In this document: piece by piece, positions 27,341-40,800 of the stretch
Layout of the letters: every line of letters begins with the position of its first letter
How positions within the stretch are numbered: position 1 is the first letter of the stretch
Assembly: GCF_964194025.1 (NCBI RefSeq)
Contig: NC_134479.1
Coordinates: forward strand, 27,156,001 to 27,220,000
DNA length: 64,000 nucleotides
From: Convolutriloba macropyga
Taxonomy: Eukaryota
Direction of reading: 5' to 3'
The notes under the pieces: generated by a model
Seen by the model: the letters and a program-made list of their open reading frames with translations, nothing else
Told to the model about the DNA's origin: nothing
Database searches by the model: none
Position numbers and translations under genes: made by a program

Positions 27341-28074
27341 TTCCATCGTCCAGAACCTGTAATTTCGAGCGCAAAAGGGTCAGTTGTGAGCTCGAAATGG
27401 TCGGGACCAGGACGATTTTGAGCGCACACATCAACCTGGGTTTTCGTGTGCGATTCGATGAAATACAAATCACAGAAAATTTTTTAATGGATTTTTGCTA
27501 ATGTTTAGTAATAACATACCTGTCAACAAAAGAATAGAAGCTGTCCACATTTTCAACCGCTTTTGACAATCAACAATTTCTCAACCTATATTTACTTCAG
27601 GGATTGCTAAAGTGAACAAAAACAGCATCTTGGTTCATTAAAAGCCTGCAAGGCCACTGAAGGTCAAAATTAATCAACATTGTTTGAAGATATACATGAC
27701 CCTGGTTGTTTATTTGGAACACAAATATCCGAAGAAAATCAAATTTCACTTTGACTGACAAAGACTCCAAATTAAAGTTCATTTTTTCATATTTGCAAAA
27801 ACAAGACTGTTTCCGGCGGCAATGAGCTATCTCATCACGAAGATGGCGACAGATATCAAAGAAAACAAAAACCGCTTCTTTCTTATCTTGCATTCCCTGA
27901 ATTAAAAACCACCACGTTTTAAAGGAAAACTCTTGTCACACTACTTTTTTCGATAACTTAGTTGCTCGCAATAAGAGTTGTCGCAGAAATTGTGAAGGAA
28001 TTTTCAGGTTAGGTGCAAATAATACAAACGCCAGTTGGCAATAAAAAACAGATACTTGAAAGTTTACACTTCGG

Positions 28075-28250
28075 AAATCTTCCGTTTGTTCCCCCCTCCC
28101 CCAGCTTAGAGCGTGCATATTATTTGAACACCCCCAGACGCATGTGACATGTTTTTACATGATGATTTGCTATGTAATGGAGCGTGCTGTGTAATGAGGA
28201 GAGCATAGCATACTGGTGTGGGGGGGGGGGGGGGGTAAACGGAAAAGATT
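28075..28250. mobile_element. Short MITE related to 22424-23317
   Basis: aatcttccgtttgttccccc ... ggggtaaacggaaaagatt; shared internal ccccagctta..gtgcatattatttg..cagacgca. Confidence 0.65.
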
Positions 28251-28282
28251 GAACAATTAATTATAATGGTGCAGTGTTGCTG

Positions 28283-29246
28283 CCTCGGTTGAGGTCCCAG
28301 ACGGAATCAAGTATTTTCACACCGAAGATGAACACACTAGGTGGTGTCGCGCTCTTTCACAATTACATTCTCTGGGAAATCGAAAACGCACAAAATTCTT
28401 AGTATGAACGCACGAAAGTATGGATATGAACGCGACAAATTCCAGACATGAACACACATAAGTCTGGACATGAACGCACTATTTTTTTGAGTCTTGTAGA
28501 AAAAAATATCTATGGAATGACTTATAGCACTCTAACTCGAGAGTAACCAATCAAGTGGTAGCCTTCAACGTTCAAAGCCAAAACTCACTTGGTTCAAAAT
28601 AGAAAGCAAAATGTCGAATGAGAAAAGAATTGCACTCAGACTTTTGCGTTGTATTTATAACTTTTACCTCCTGTGTTATAAAAAGTAGCTGAACCTGAAA
28701 AGAAAACAAGTTCATGCCTTACAACCGATAGCATATCATACTTAGCCAAAAAAGAATTTGCCTTGTCTTTTTTTAAGTTTGAGCAAAGTTTTCCAAAACA
28801 GACCAATTAGATATATTGAGCATCTACATACAAAATGAAAAAATTAGGCTAATTTCAATATATACATTTATAAGTTATTTGTTGCTCAGTTAAATTATCA
28901 GTTTGTCTGACTTTGTATGATTATTTGAAAGGCTGGAAAATAACGCATGACAGATTGAACTTGAAAGCTTGAGAGTCGTTACATGAACGCACAAAGTTTT
29001 GTGAAGGTGCGAGAGTCTTAAAAACGCACGAAAGTCTGGACATAAACGAACAAAATTCTAGGGAACAAACGAAAGTCTAGTGATCGCACGAAACTCAGGT
29101 CATGGACGTACGATAATCGCTGGAGCTCACTAAAGACTGGTCATAAACGCAAGAAACTCTGGTAAACGCAAGAAACTCTGAACATAGACACTTCCCGTCT
29201 AAGACTGTCTGGAAATACAGGTTTCCGTCTTGCACTTCAACCTGGG
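28283..29246 (+). mobile_element. CCCAGGTTGAGG family MITE (gtctggacatgaacgcac repeats), degenerate
   Basis: Left end cctcggttgaggtcccag, right end cttcaacctggg; same subterminal repeats as 38431-38800; TSD not conserved. Confidence 0.75.
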
Positions 29247-30317
29247 TTTGATTATCTATTCATTAAGATTAAATTTACAATTTTTACTTTTATAGAACAA
29301 TAGCTCCTAAAAACCTATCATAACGGAATCAATGCAAGTTAACTGACACTTGTTGTACTCTCTAGCTGATTTTGTTCTTTTTTGGCAAAGTAGACACTCC
29401 ACCATTTGGAGGGGGGTGGGGTTAACTAACGTAAAATTCGCGAAGAAGAGCAACCTTTATTTTTAAGTTTTCTACTCCCGACTATATTATTTTGGTCTAG
29501 TTGACCTTCAACTCTTTTAAATAGTGTTGGCCTAAATTCTAAAACTCGTCTATTAAAAACTTTTGCTGATCGAAATCTTCAAACATTTGCTCAACCCAGA
29601 TATCACAAGTAGTTCCGCAAGATGTAAAAAGATTAAATTCAGCCGCAATAAATTTTCTTTAAAATTAAAATAATTGATAAGACCCATGTATCAAGATTTG
29701 AGTTTAAGTATGCATTGTCAACATGCAGTGATAGTAGGAAAAACTAGCACATCTTTGCTTCACAAAAGAAGAATTCAATAAAGCATATCTACAATGACAA
29801 TTAGGAAAGTAGCGTAAAAGGAAGGGAAAACAATTTGTCAAAAGATCTTGCGCTCAACGTAACCACTATTCACTTCGTCACATTTGACTGCAGTTACGCT
29901 ATCTAGCTTCTCCAGGTTGTTATCGACGTGTGAGATAGACAGAAATGAAAGACAGGCTACTTCTCGATTAATTAAATAAAATATAGCTACGCAAGTTTTA
30001 GTTGCTGATGAAAAAGTTAACTTCCAAATTAACATGTAAAGTGAACGACGAATTTTAGAATATATATAAATAAAAAAATCTTTCCATTGGGCCTAAACAG
30101 AGTTTCAGTTTCAGTTACTCACTGTCATTTTGTGACTGTAGAATACCAAACAAGGAGGCTCGGTAATGTGCGACCGCGCCTGGTGTATGAACGAAATTGG
30201 TGTATGAACGAAAAGAAAGCCTCTAGCGCAAATATCTCAGTGGAGTAAAAAATCATGCATTATATTGATGAGATATGCCAATATTAAGAAAGCGAGTCAA
30301 GACGAACAGCAAAATCT

Positions 30318-30340
30318 AACAACAACAACAACAACAACAA
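30318..30340. repeat. (AAC)n microsatellite
   Basis: About 7 AAC units. Confidence 0.8.
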
Positions 30341-33057
30341 ACATTAATTACACCAAAATTTATATGTCCGTTTTAAAAAAGAGAACTTAATAACAAATTC
30401 AACATACAGTCAAAAAACTGAAATTAAATCCAATAAATCAAAAATCAACAGAAAAAATATGGGACCAGTCCATAAAAAGGTTTGGCAACAAATAGACAAA
30501 AAGAACAAAAACAGTAAAGTTAAAAAACTTGCTTATTTCTTAAACAGTTCACTTCAAAGATATGAAAACCATTAGCAATCAGGTAAAGTATCCCAAAGAA
30601 TTACAATTACCAACGCCTCTGTAGAAAAAAAATAAGACCTAACCATATTCAATTTTTTATGCAGCTAAAAGAACAACAAAAAACAAACAAAACTAACAAA
30701 AATTCAATTAGAACTTGCCAGAAAACGCTGTCGAAGCAGTAAAGCCATACTTCGGCCCTCAAAAATATATCCGATTGTGCCCTCTTCAAGCACCGAGTGT
30801 TTTATGTGGCCTTTTTTAATGAGACTAAGTTACAAGTAGACAAAAAAAGGGGGCCAAAATAAGCAATACTTTTGATTTTTTTCGAAACAAAATTACTTCC
30901 AAAGTTACGAATCTATTATAACAAAATGAAATAATTAAATAGGTTTTCTTATTCGTCCAAAAAGCCCTTGAAACCTGCCTTTAACCAGAATAAGTCTTGC
31001 ATCTACAAAAAAGAACGTTAAATAAAACAAAAACGAAATCAATTTACTGCTTTTTGTGAAAAACGGGTGTCGAAGACAGTAAGGTCATAACAAATTCTTT
31101 AAAAAATATTAGATTTTGTGACAGCAATCCCTTTTGACACCTTCACTTGACACCAATGATGTCATTTTGACCTGTAATTATGGACACTAGGTAACAAAAA
31201 GACAATAAAGGAACAAAATTACGAAGTTAAAAAGTTCTTTTTTTGGAATGCAATTGTTTTCAAAGTCATGAAAGCCATCGGCTATCAGTTATGCACTAAA
31301 ATCAGAGTATCGACGCATCTTTTTTTCATTAGAAAGCATATGAAACCTGTCATAATACAGGAAATTTCATACGACTAAAACGACAAAGTAAAAACGACAG
31401 TTAAAGACAAAATTAAAAAAATCAATTAAATTCTTCAAGAAAATGTCGAAACCTTTAAAACGATAATCTATATCTTTCAAGACTTTAATATGTCCAATTT
31501 TGTCGTATCTTGAACGCCAATATAGTTATAAGTGGTAATGAGAAAAAACTGGAAAACATGAAAAATGGGCAAAAATCTAAAAAAAAATCTGAAATCTAAT
31601 TGTATCAAAGCCAGAAAACAATAAATTTAGGGCCTAAAGCAGGCGATAGAGAATAATTTAAAAATTAGGAGAAGCATTCTTTCTTTCTTTGCTGACACAC
31701 TTGGTGGCAAGTTGACCAAATTAAGGGAAAAAATGAGTGAAATATCATTGGGCAATTATTTATTTAAGAATCAATTACATTTAGAGATCAAAACGATCAT
31801 AATTTTTCAATTAAAAAATTAAATGCAATAGCTTGGAGTTGATTAGGAAGACAATTGGAACTATCACTCTTGAGCTTTGATTTGATAGGATCTGTTCTTT
31901 TATTAATTTAAAAAATATCTCTTTTTTTTAAAAAAAGACCGACTGATTACAATCCGAATTCTTTCTGGATTGTAATAATCCAAAAGTAGCCCATCTAATG
32001 CTTTTTGTCCTTTTGGAAAAACATAATTTTTCGATTCTCATAGATACAGATAATTTGTTAGTTAATAACCCAAAAATATATTCTGCGTTTTGGATAATCA
32101 ACGAGTAAAGTTAGCAAAAAAAGGCAAACTTTTAATTACAGAGCACTCTCAACAGAAGTTGAAGTAGGAATAGCCCACTTTTAAGTCCAAAAAGACTATA
32201 TTAGTATTGTATGGGGTTGTACTTCCGGCAAATTTAATCAAATTGGACTAAAAATCTTATTTCGTGCTGTTTTTGATGGAAAAGGCTGAGTTTGAAATAT
32301 TTAGCCAGAATTTTTGACAACAAAATATATCAAAATAATCAACACTACCTTTCTTTCTTTGAAATTGAAATCAACAACAAAAATAAAAAAATTCAACAAA
32401 TTTTAGCAAAATTAACGAAAATTTAGACCAAAATTCAGGAAAATCTGAATAGAAACAACTGAATTCACTGTACATTTCTCAAAGTTTAAACCTCGATAAC
32501 TCGCTGTAAAAAACGAGAATAAAAATAATTTTCTTTTAATTTCCATGTTCTACGCAGAACGTGCTTTCTAATGATACCAGTCTCAACTCTCTACGATGAA
32601 TATATCGATCGGCGAAAATTGTCTGAACAAAAAAAACCCATTTGAGTATATAGGTCCTCCCCCCTCAAGAGAGGTCAGAAAAAATAGCGGCAGATAGTGC
32701 CAGATGCCAAATTCAACCTGGGTGATTTTTCTTCAAAGCGACTGCAAATTTTTCTTATTTAAGTTGTTGTTCCGGTACTGAAAAACTTTCAAGAAAATGT
32801 TTTCAACAATTGTTTTCAAAGTCATGAAAGCCATCGGCTATCAGCTATCTGCTAATATCAGAATATCGAGGCATTTTTTGTCTTTGATAAGCATATGAAA
32901 CCTGTCGTTATACTGTAAAATAATCAACAATACTTATTTGTCTTTAGAAATAAAATCAACAAGACTATTCTAAAAAAATTTTAACAAAAATTAGCAAAAT
33001 TAACGAAAAATTGGATAAGCCCTGTTGAATAAGCAAACGTATAAAGCCGTCGAACTG

Positions 33058-33813
33058 CCCGGTCAGATGCGAATGGTTAATTTGTTAGAATTTCCAGATG
33101 TCTTACCAGTTATTATGAAGCACTGCATCGACTTACGTTTTTTTCTGCCAGAAACCTACAAGTTCGGTTAAACTTAACATACAATTTACAAGTTCTTACA
33201 AGTTGAGTATCCATTTTAACAGTTCTTACAAGTTAATCACTCTAATTTCGACGATAGAAGACAACTTTTTGACCTACGGGGCTCCTACAAGATAACCATT
33301 CGACTTACAAGGCTCTTTCAAGATAACAATTCAGCTTACAAGGTTCTTAAAAGGTAACCATTTTGAGCGAAAAAAAATCCTACGTCTTAAATACCTCTTC
33401 TTGGATTTAAAACGCTTAAAACGTCGCCATGTTTGAAAGAGATGAAACAGCGGTATCGGTGAGCATAGAATATGACAAAAGAAGCTGATTACAAATGTGA
33501 TGGTTAACCATTTTTTCTGGAACTCCGCTTTTAAGCCAAGAAAAAATATCCTAAGTAATCAACCGTTTATACAAGTTTGAATATCTTGGTTTCAAATTAC
33601 CATAAAATTGACAGTCTTTGTTTGATACTTCCAGTTGTCGTCCCAATTTAATATAATTCTTAATATCAATTCCACCATAGATTTTTAAATGTTTTTAAGC
33701 TTTGACTGAAACTTACAAGTTAACCCTTCAACATGCATGTTCATACAAGTTAACCATATTTTGCAGGAAACTTGCAAGTTCTTGATAAGTTAACCATTCG
33801 GTCTCGAACCGGG
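33058..33813. mobile_element. CMC-like MITE (cttacaagttaaccat repeats) about 150 bp past the transporter stop codon
   Basis: Termini cccggtcagatgcgaatggttaa / ttaaccattcggtctcgaaccggg; flanks TG/TA (imperfect TSD). Confidence 0.75.
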
Positions 33814-33960
33814 TAGTTCAATTAGTAAGAGTTGGATTATCCCAAATTATGCAAGAACGGGTAGAATTTTTAGTTATTAAAAAGTGATTGAATAAATATT
33901 AATACAGTTCAACTAATTGTTTTAATTTGAATATAGTGTCGCAACAGGTTCTTCTTTTTC

Positions 33961-34835
33961 TTAGTTTGCGTAAATTTGAGCTGGCAAAATGATGGACCCG
34001 ATTAGCCCGAGGCCGCTAAAGCCCAAGCATAGTGACGTAACATAGTGAACAGATACTTTGGCCAGAGTCTGAATAGCAAATGGCATCAACGGGAGTGGTA
34101 AGTACATAATAAAGAAACAAATTCCAGACATGGTCGATCTGATATTCGTCGGCAGAAGTCCAGATAAACTTAGCATCAAATTAACAACCAAATTGTAGTT
34201 AAAAATTTGCCCTACTGAGATAATTACAACAGCAACCCATGCGTTTGGGCATAGAAAGAAGAACGAAAACATTACAATACAAATACCATAGCTGATAAGG
34301 CCGAGAATTTTCAAGTTACAATTTAACTTGTTCTGAAAGATCAAAGTTGTGCACGATATTAAATCTGACGTCACTTGACAAGCAAGAAGTAATAAATAAT
34401 CCCGACCATCCAATAAGTATGTTCTCTTTGTCACTCCTTCGCAATATTGGGAGTTAGTTTCGCCATATAGATAAATCAATTCTGTTTTCACAAAATTTAT
34501 GGCACTAAGAAAAAATCTGATGGCGGTTCCAACCAGCACTATTCCAATAAGTGAGCGTCTAATGTGACTATTTGTCCACGCTGTCTTCAATTTAGCAGTA
34601 AATGATAACTCTTCCGAGGAAGTGCTCGCTAACTCTTCGTCCGGAATGAGTGTGAAATTTTCTGGCAGCGATTGACCATTCTTTCGTGCCATATTTTTCA
34701 ACACTTCCAATGCGTCGCTGGTTTTTCCTTTTGATAAAAGGTATCGCGGAGTTTCAGGCATCAAAAGTACCACAAGAAAAACGTGAATAACAATCGGGAT
34801 ACTCATTATTAGCTGGTAATCTCTCCATGCGTTTT
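33961..34835 (-). CDS. MFS transporter exon 4 (terminal)
   Basis: Acceptor gtatttag|AAAACGCATGG; ENAWRDYQL...PETPRYLL...QIYAN*. Confidence 0.9.
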
Positions 34836-37800
34836 CTAAATACAGCAAATTTGTGTTTCTGTCAAATATTCGCCACAAACTAATGAATTATTTTGTCTTA
34901 GTACTGGTCACAATTATTCTCAAATCTGCTTTTTAATCTATTAGTCATTTTGTTGTTTCATTGAAACTATTGAACAATCGAACAACTTTTGAATTTTATG
35001 AATAAACTCAATTTTCATCGAAATATTCTATGATTTTTTGAATGGCGATTTCCTAAGTTATCATTTATTCATCTCGTGAAATCGTGTAGATCGTTGCTCG
35101 AACTGAAGAGATGAGTTTTTAATGAAGAAACAACAATACTTTCTTCCAAATACACGCCAAGATCTATTCATCTAGCGCGATTTATCAAGATTGATTTCCA
35201 GGGTGATTTTTCTTCCAATGATGCAATTTATGTTTCCTTTTTAGCAGGATCTTCTCACTGCTGAATCAAAAGTGAGCTCTATTTAAAATACTTTCGTAAA
35301 GAAAACAAAAAAAACATCAAATTAAACTAAATCTGAACAATCCAAAATTTAGAGCATAACTATCTAACATCGTGCAATCTATTCTCAAAAAGCTCCCGGG
35401 TTGAGGTTTTTGAGTAAATTTTTGTAAGAAATGCGGTGAATGCGGTGAATTTTTGAAAGAAATGCGGTAATTGCGATGAATGCGGAGAAAATAGATAATT
35501 CACCGCATTTCACCGCCTTTCTTACAAAAATTCACCGCAAAATTCACCGCATTTCCTACAAAAGTTTACCGCCTTTGCTCTCCAACGGTTACTCAATCTG
35601 ATTTAAATTCACACGAAATGGTAAAAATGTATTTTACAGTTGGCGCAGTGGAAAAAGCAATAGCTGTCATGCAGGAGGTCAGAGGTTCGAACCCGTATAG
35701 GGAAGGTCCTTTTGTGTAAGAATACTGAGAACGCGGTGAAAATAAATAATTCACCGCGATTCACTGCATTCACCGCAAAGATGTAAAAAATACGCGGTGA
35801 AGTTTTTTTTTCACCGCATTTCTCCGCATCGTACGAAAATTCACCGCCAAACCTTGACCCGGGCTGTTAAGCGGTTGCATCAATAGCCAGCTGAGCATAT
35901 TTGAGGGTGGTATAAAGTAATCAAGTGGCAGCCAAGTGAATTTCATGAGGGAAGCCGAACGGCAAGGTAGAATTTTCCGAGGGGGGGGGGGTTGAGAGCG
36001 CTAGAGAAAAAAGTGAGACGGAATGAGTGGAAAGATTGGTTGAATTCCAAGAACCGCTCTAAACACCCCAAGGTTATGTCCCCTTAACAGTGTCGTTAAA
36101 GTGCATGCTTAAAAATTATTAAGTCTCTAAGAGAACTGCTAAACAATTGAATGCCCTCCTTTTTTTACCTGTTTGATTTATTTTCAAAGAAACTTTTTTA
36201 GAAAATTCTTCAGCTACCCATGAAATTGATTTCAAAAGTTTTCACAGATAGAGGGCTGGAAAAAAATTTAAATAATAATATTTGTTTTGTAATTATAATG
36301 TAAAGTAATTAAATACTAAAATTAAGAGAGACATTCTTTAAAAAAAAAACTCAAATAAAGCGGACGAAAACTGAGCGGACCAGAGAAGAATAAGAAGGAG
36401 AGTATTTTAAGGTCAAAAATTCGGAAGTAATGCATACCGGTGAATCAGTTTTTACTGACTCTCGAGGAATCCAGATTATACGACTATCAGCACCATTTAA
36501 AAATGTTCTCTACTCAACATTCTAATAAAAAGTTAAAAAAATTTAAACTGTGTTCTTAAAAAATTCCGCTGGTAAAATTGTTTCCCTCTCAGTTTCCCCA
36601 AAATACAAATAAGCCCGATAAACTCGATTCCTAAGCATTCGTTGGGCCAATTTTTTGTCAATCATGGAGTTGAGTTCCTTCTGAAAGCTATGATTACTTT
36701 TGTAATTTTTGAAATCTATCACTAAACAATTTCACCGGCTTATTTGCTTATTTTTTTTTTTAAAAAAAACATCATTTCTTGAGCAGACCATATGCAAAAC
36801 TTTCCCATATAATTCGCTGTTTCTCGAGCAACACAGTTGGCTTATGAATCCTTCCCTTTCCCGAGAAGACCAATAGCTTCATACTTTGCTTACTAAGATT
36901 TCTGCTTGATTTTGAATTTTCGTCGAAATCTTAGAATCAGAAGCTTCCTAAACATAACAACACCAGCAGGTTGCTGCCATTTTTTTTAAGAATTCCAATG
37001 AAAAACTTCTTTAATTGGTCAATCTGAGCGAAGAGACTTGAAAAGATGGAAACCAGTGATGATTTTTTTTTCTATATTACATCAGCCAATTAATGCGACG
37101 CAAAAAGCCAATTAGACGTGTTTTTGTCTAAAAGGAGAACTATTCACGACTTGAAAAGGGTCTGGAACTTGGCTCAAGAGCAGGAAAGTCTCGAGATTCT
37201 CATCCCAGCACATTTTGGTATGCGTTGTTTGCAACAGAGAACACTCTAGTCTGTTATGGTCTAATCAAGAGTCACTTTCAGCCCAATAAGTTCTGATTAC
37301 AAGTAAATCAGATTGTAATTTTAAATTCGTATTTGATGAATTAGTGATGTTGACTCAAATAAACGGCTAAAAACATCTCTCATCTGAATCGAGACTGAAT
37401 TCGAGTCAATAGCTCTCGATCACATGCATCAGTTCAAAAGGGTGCAACCACTAACATATGGTTGCTCCCCTTAAACAGTCGGAATAGCAACTTTCGAATT
37501 CGACGCTCCTTCTAAAAAACGGTCTGTGTTCAAATATGGTACCGGCGGACTTTAGCAATGGCATGCAAAGTTTTCAAGTCGTTAATTTTTAAATATTCTT
37601 TTATTATCAAAAACCCCTTGACTTTGAATTGACTTGACTGCAATTTCTGCAAGAGAAGTCAGTTTTTTTAAAAAAAAAAAACAAGAAGAGCCACCTCTAA
37701 AAGTCTCGTCGGTTTTTAACTTTGATTTTGGTCACAACATTTCGAGCACTTCAGTCGGTGGTTTAGAGGTGATTTTGACCGCATACTTTGAGTGCATACA

Positions 37801-40800
37801 AGGTTTTCAGCATACATTAGTCTGGCCAGGGGGTACTTTGGTCTGCGCCAGTCTGATCACAGATCACCACGGTTTGGCACCTGGACCAGGGAAAGCCTCC
37901 TTGCCTCGACTAAAGAACTTACCATGCCAGTGGTCACTAAATATGAAATATGCCACAAGAATCAAAATGGCCCGAGCCATTGCACTCGCCCATTCGTCTC
38001 CAACCACGAAAGCTCCCCAGTGATGCTCAGCTGGAATCAGTTCATACATTGCTTGTCCCATCAGGTTCGTAGCTCCTTAACAGATCAAAAACAGACTCAA
38101 AACGTGACATCGCTATTTCTGTGAGTCAAAAAATTGATTTTAGTACCGATGTTTAAGTGTGTCCGTTTATCATCCGACCCCTCCATCATCCAAAAATTTT
38201 CCGTGGCCATATCAGCAAAGAAAACAAATCGGCGATGACCAAATTTAAGCTATTTGTCGAAACTTGTTTTCAAATTGGAACTACAGCTACAATTACTTCC
38301 AGTGGCCAATTGTAATCGGTTCAATTAAATCAATTTTAAAGTTCTTGGTAATTACAGGAATTCACTGAAAGTATACACTCTTAATCAATCATGCTCTTTA
38401 CACATGCAAGTTACACTCTACAGGGATCTACCCAGGTTGAGGTCCCAGTCCGAACGTCGAAATGTCTAATACGGAAATGAACGCATGAGGGGGCGTAGTG
38501 CGTTCAAAATTACGCAGTCTGGAAACACAGATCAACGCACGATGGTCTGGACATAAACGCGCCAAAACTTTGGTGTTGGAATGCAAGAACTTGATTTGGA
38601 GCGCACGATGATCTGGACAAGAGCGCGCGAAAGTCTCCATATCTACGCTTTTGGTCTGGGATGGTCTAGAGATATTCGACTTCGAACGCACGAAGAACGC
38701 ACTAAAAGTTTGTTTTGAACGCACGATAGTCTGGACATAGGCACCTTCCGTCTGGGACGGTCTGGACATATCGACTTTCGTTCTGGCACCTCAACCTGGG
38801 TAGTCTATGACATTTTTTTTTCAATAACATTATATATAATTCTGACAATATCGTCCACTAATGCCCCCAGCCCCACCCCTACCAGTCCTCATGACCAAGC
38901 ATTACACGATTTTTTTCATCAAGACGTCTGAAAGAAAAAGAATCATTTGTTTAATATTCGACCGTTTTAGCCAACGCAAAGAAACTCTTGCAAACGCACC
39001 CCCGGCTAAAGAGTAGCCAACTCTGCAGATTAAAAGCCAAGTGTAAGAAGGGGCAACAGCGGAAAACAGACTGAAAATTGCAATCCATACAGAAGAGGCA
39101 AGTGCATATGTCTTTCTTCCAAACTTGTCTGAGAACCATCCCCACAGAACGTAGCTGAGAGCAAATCCAAAGTAAGAGGATATACTAAAAGCCGATTCTT
39201 GAGACGGCGTCAAATTCAGGTCCACATATAACCTAAGCAAAAGAAGATAATTTACACTCACGTCATCTAATTATAGAAAACAAATGGTTATATTTAAAAT
39301 TGTGTGAAAACTGTCAAAATTCGAGGAAGCAGTACAAATAATAATTGTAGCTGTGATAACCCGGGTCGAGGTGTCACTGCCATTCAACGCATAATTATGT
39401 AAGATAAGCGGTGAATGCGGAAGATTTTGTAAGATAAACGGTGAATGCGGTGAATTTACATAAATCAGGCGGTGAGTGCGGTGAAAAACCTTTATCGCCT
39501 GGTAGTGGTGAAATTACATAAATTCACCGCTTCAAAAAACGTGTCCTGATTTTGTAAGATAAGCGTTGAATGCGGTGAAATTATATAAATTCATCGCTTA
39601 ACTTAGTGGTGAACATACATAAATTCATCGATTAGAAAAAAGTTAAAATTGTGTGAGAACAGCAGTGAATGCGGTGAACTTAAATAAATTCAACGCTTAA
39701 CTTAGTGGTGAAATAACATAATTTTACCGCTTAGGGAAAAAAGTTACAATTGCATGAGAACAGCAGTGAATGCGGTGATATTACTAAACTTACAAAAAAT
39801 GGTCGCTGAAGTAAGTGGTGAAACTACACAAACTCACCGCTTGGAAAAAAGTGTGAGATCAGCAGTGAAGGCGGTGAAGTTGCATAAACTCACCGCTTAA
39901 CTTAGTGGTGAAATTACATATCTTCACCGCTTAGTAAACGCTCCGAATTGTTTTTTTTTCAACAAAATTAAGATAGAATTATTAAAAGACGAACGGAAAA
40001 TTTACCCAAGAATAATCAAACATCTTTTTGAAATTTTTTTCAAGCGTTGAATTTTTGTAATTTCACCATTAGAGTAAGCGATGAACTTAACAAAAACCAC
40101 CACTTTCACCGCTTAAATCTGTTATTTCAACGCTAATCTTACAAAAGTTCAACGCGTATGTTTGACAAAAGTAGAGTGAGTTTACTTTAAAATCAAAACA
40201 AATTGCAAGCATATAGTGAGAAAAGGGGCAATAGAAGAAGAAGTGGCTGACATTCAGGAGGTGAAGGGTTCAAATGCGTGCAAGGAGGGTAACTTGTAGT
40301 AAGCGGTGAAATGTGGTGCATTTTTGTAAGTTCACAGCTTACTCTAGCAGTGAACTTACATAATTTCACCGCATTTCATCGAAAAATTAAAATGTACGAA
40401 ATTTGCGGTGAAAAAACCAATTTTTCACTGCTTATCTTAAATATATTTCCGATTTTTCTCTCGACCCGGGAAGTACGCATTCAACAACCAAAGGAAATAG
40501 TTCTGCGAATAAGTCTAACATTAGTAATTTGATTTGCTGTTATATTAACAACAATTTAGGTTGGCAAAGGTACAATTCACAGATTTGCTGCAATATTCAT
40601 TCTTGGAAAAATGAAAATGTCAGTGCACTCGGACTTTTAACCTAATGCCAAATCGTCACGGGAAAACCTACCCTAACTGTGTATCTCTTGTTAGTTTTTC
40701 CTAGGTTAAAACAATGAAAACGCAGCAATATTGCATGCGAAAAATAGACACTTTAGCATAATCGGCCGAAATTTAAGGGAATTGCGCAACCCGTGTTTGC

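Noticed and set aside
31252-33010. Short dispersed duplications (31252-31360 vs 32809-32915; 32365-32425 vs 32950-33010)
   Set aside because: Probably fragments of an old degenerate repeat; boundaries and family could not be defined.
35641-35713. Functional tRNA gene
   Set aside because: A and B boxes are present but acceptor and T stems do not pair; it is embedded in a MITE.
37634-38124. Plus-strand ORFs of 129 and 110 aa
   Set aside because: Antisense shadows of transporter exon 3.
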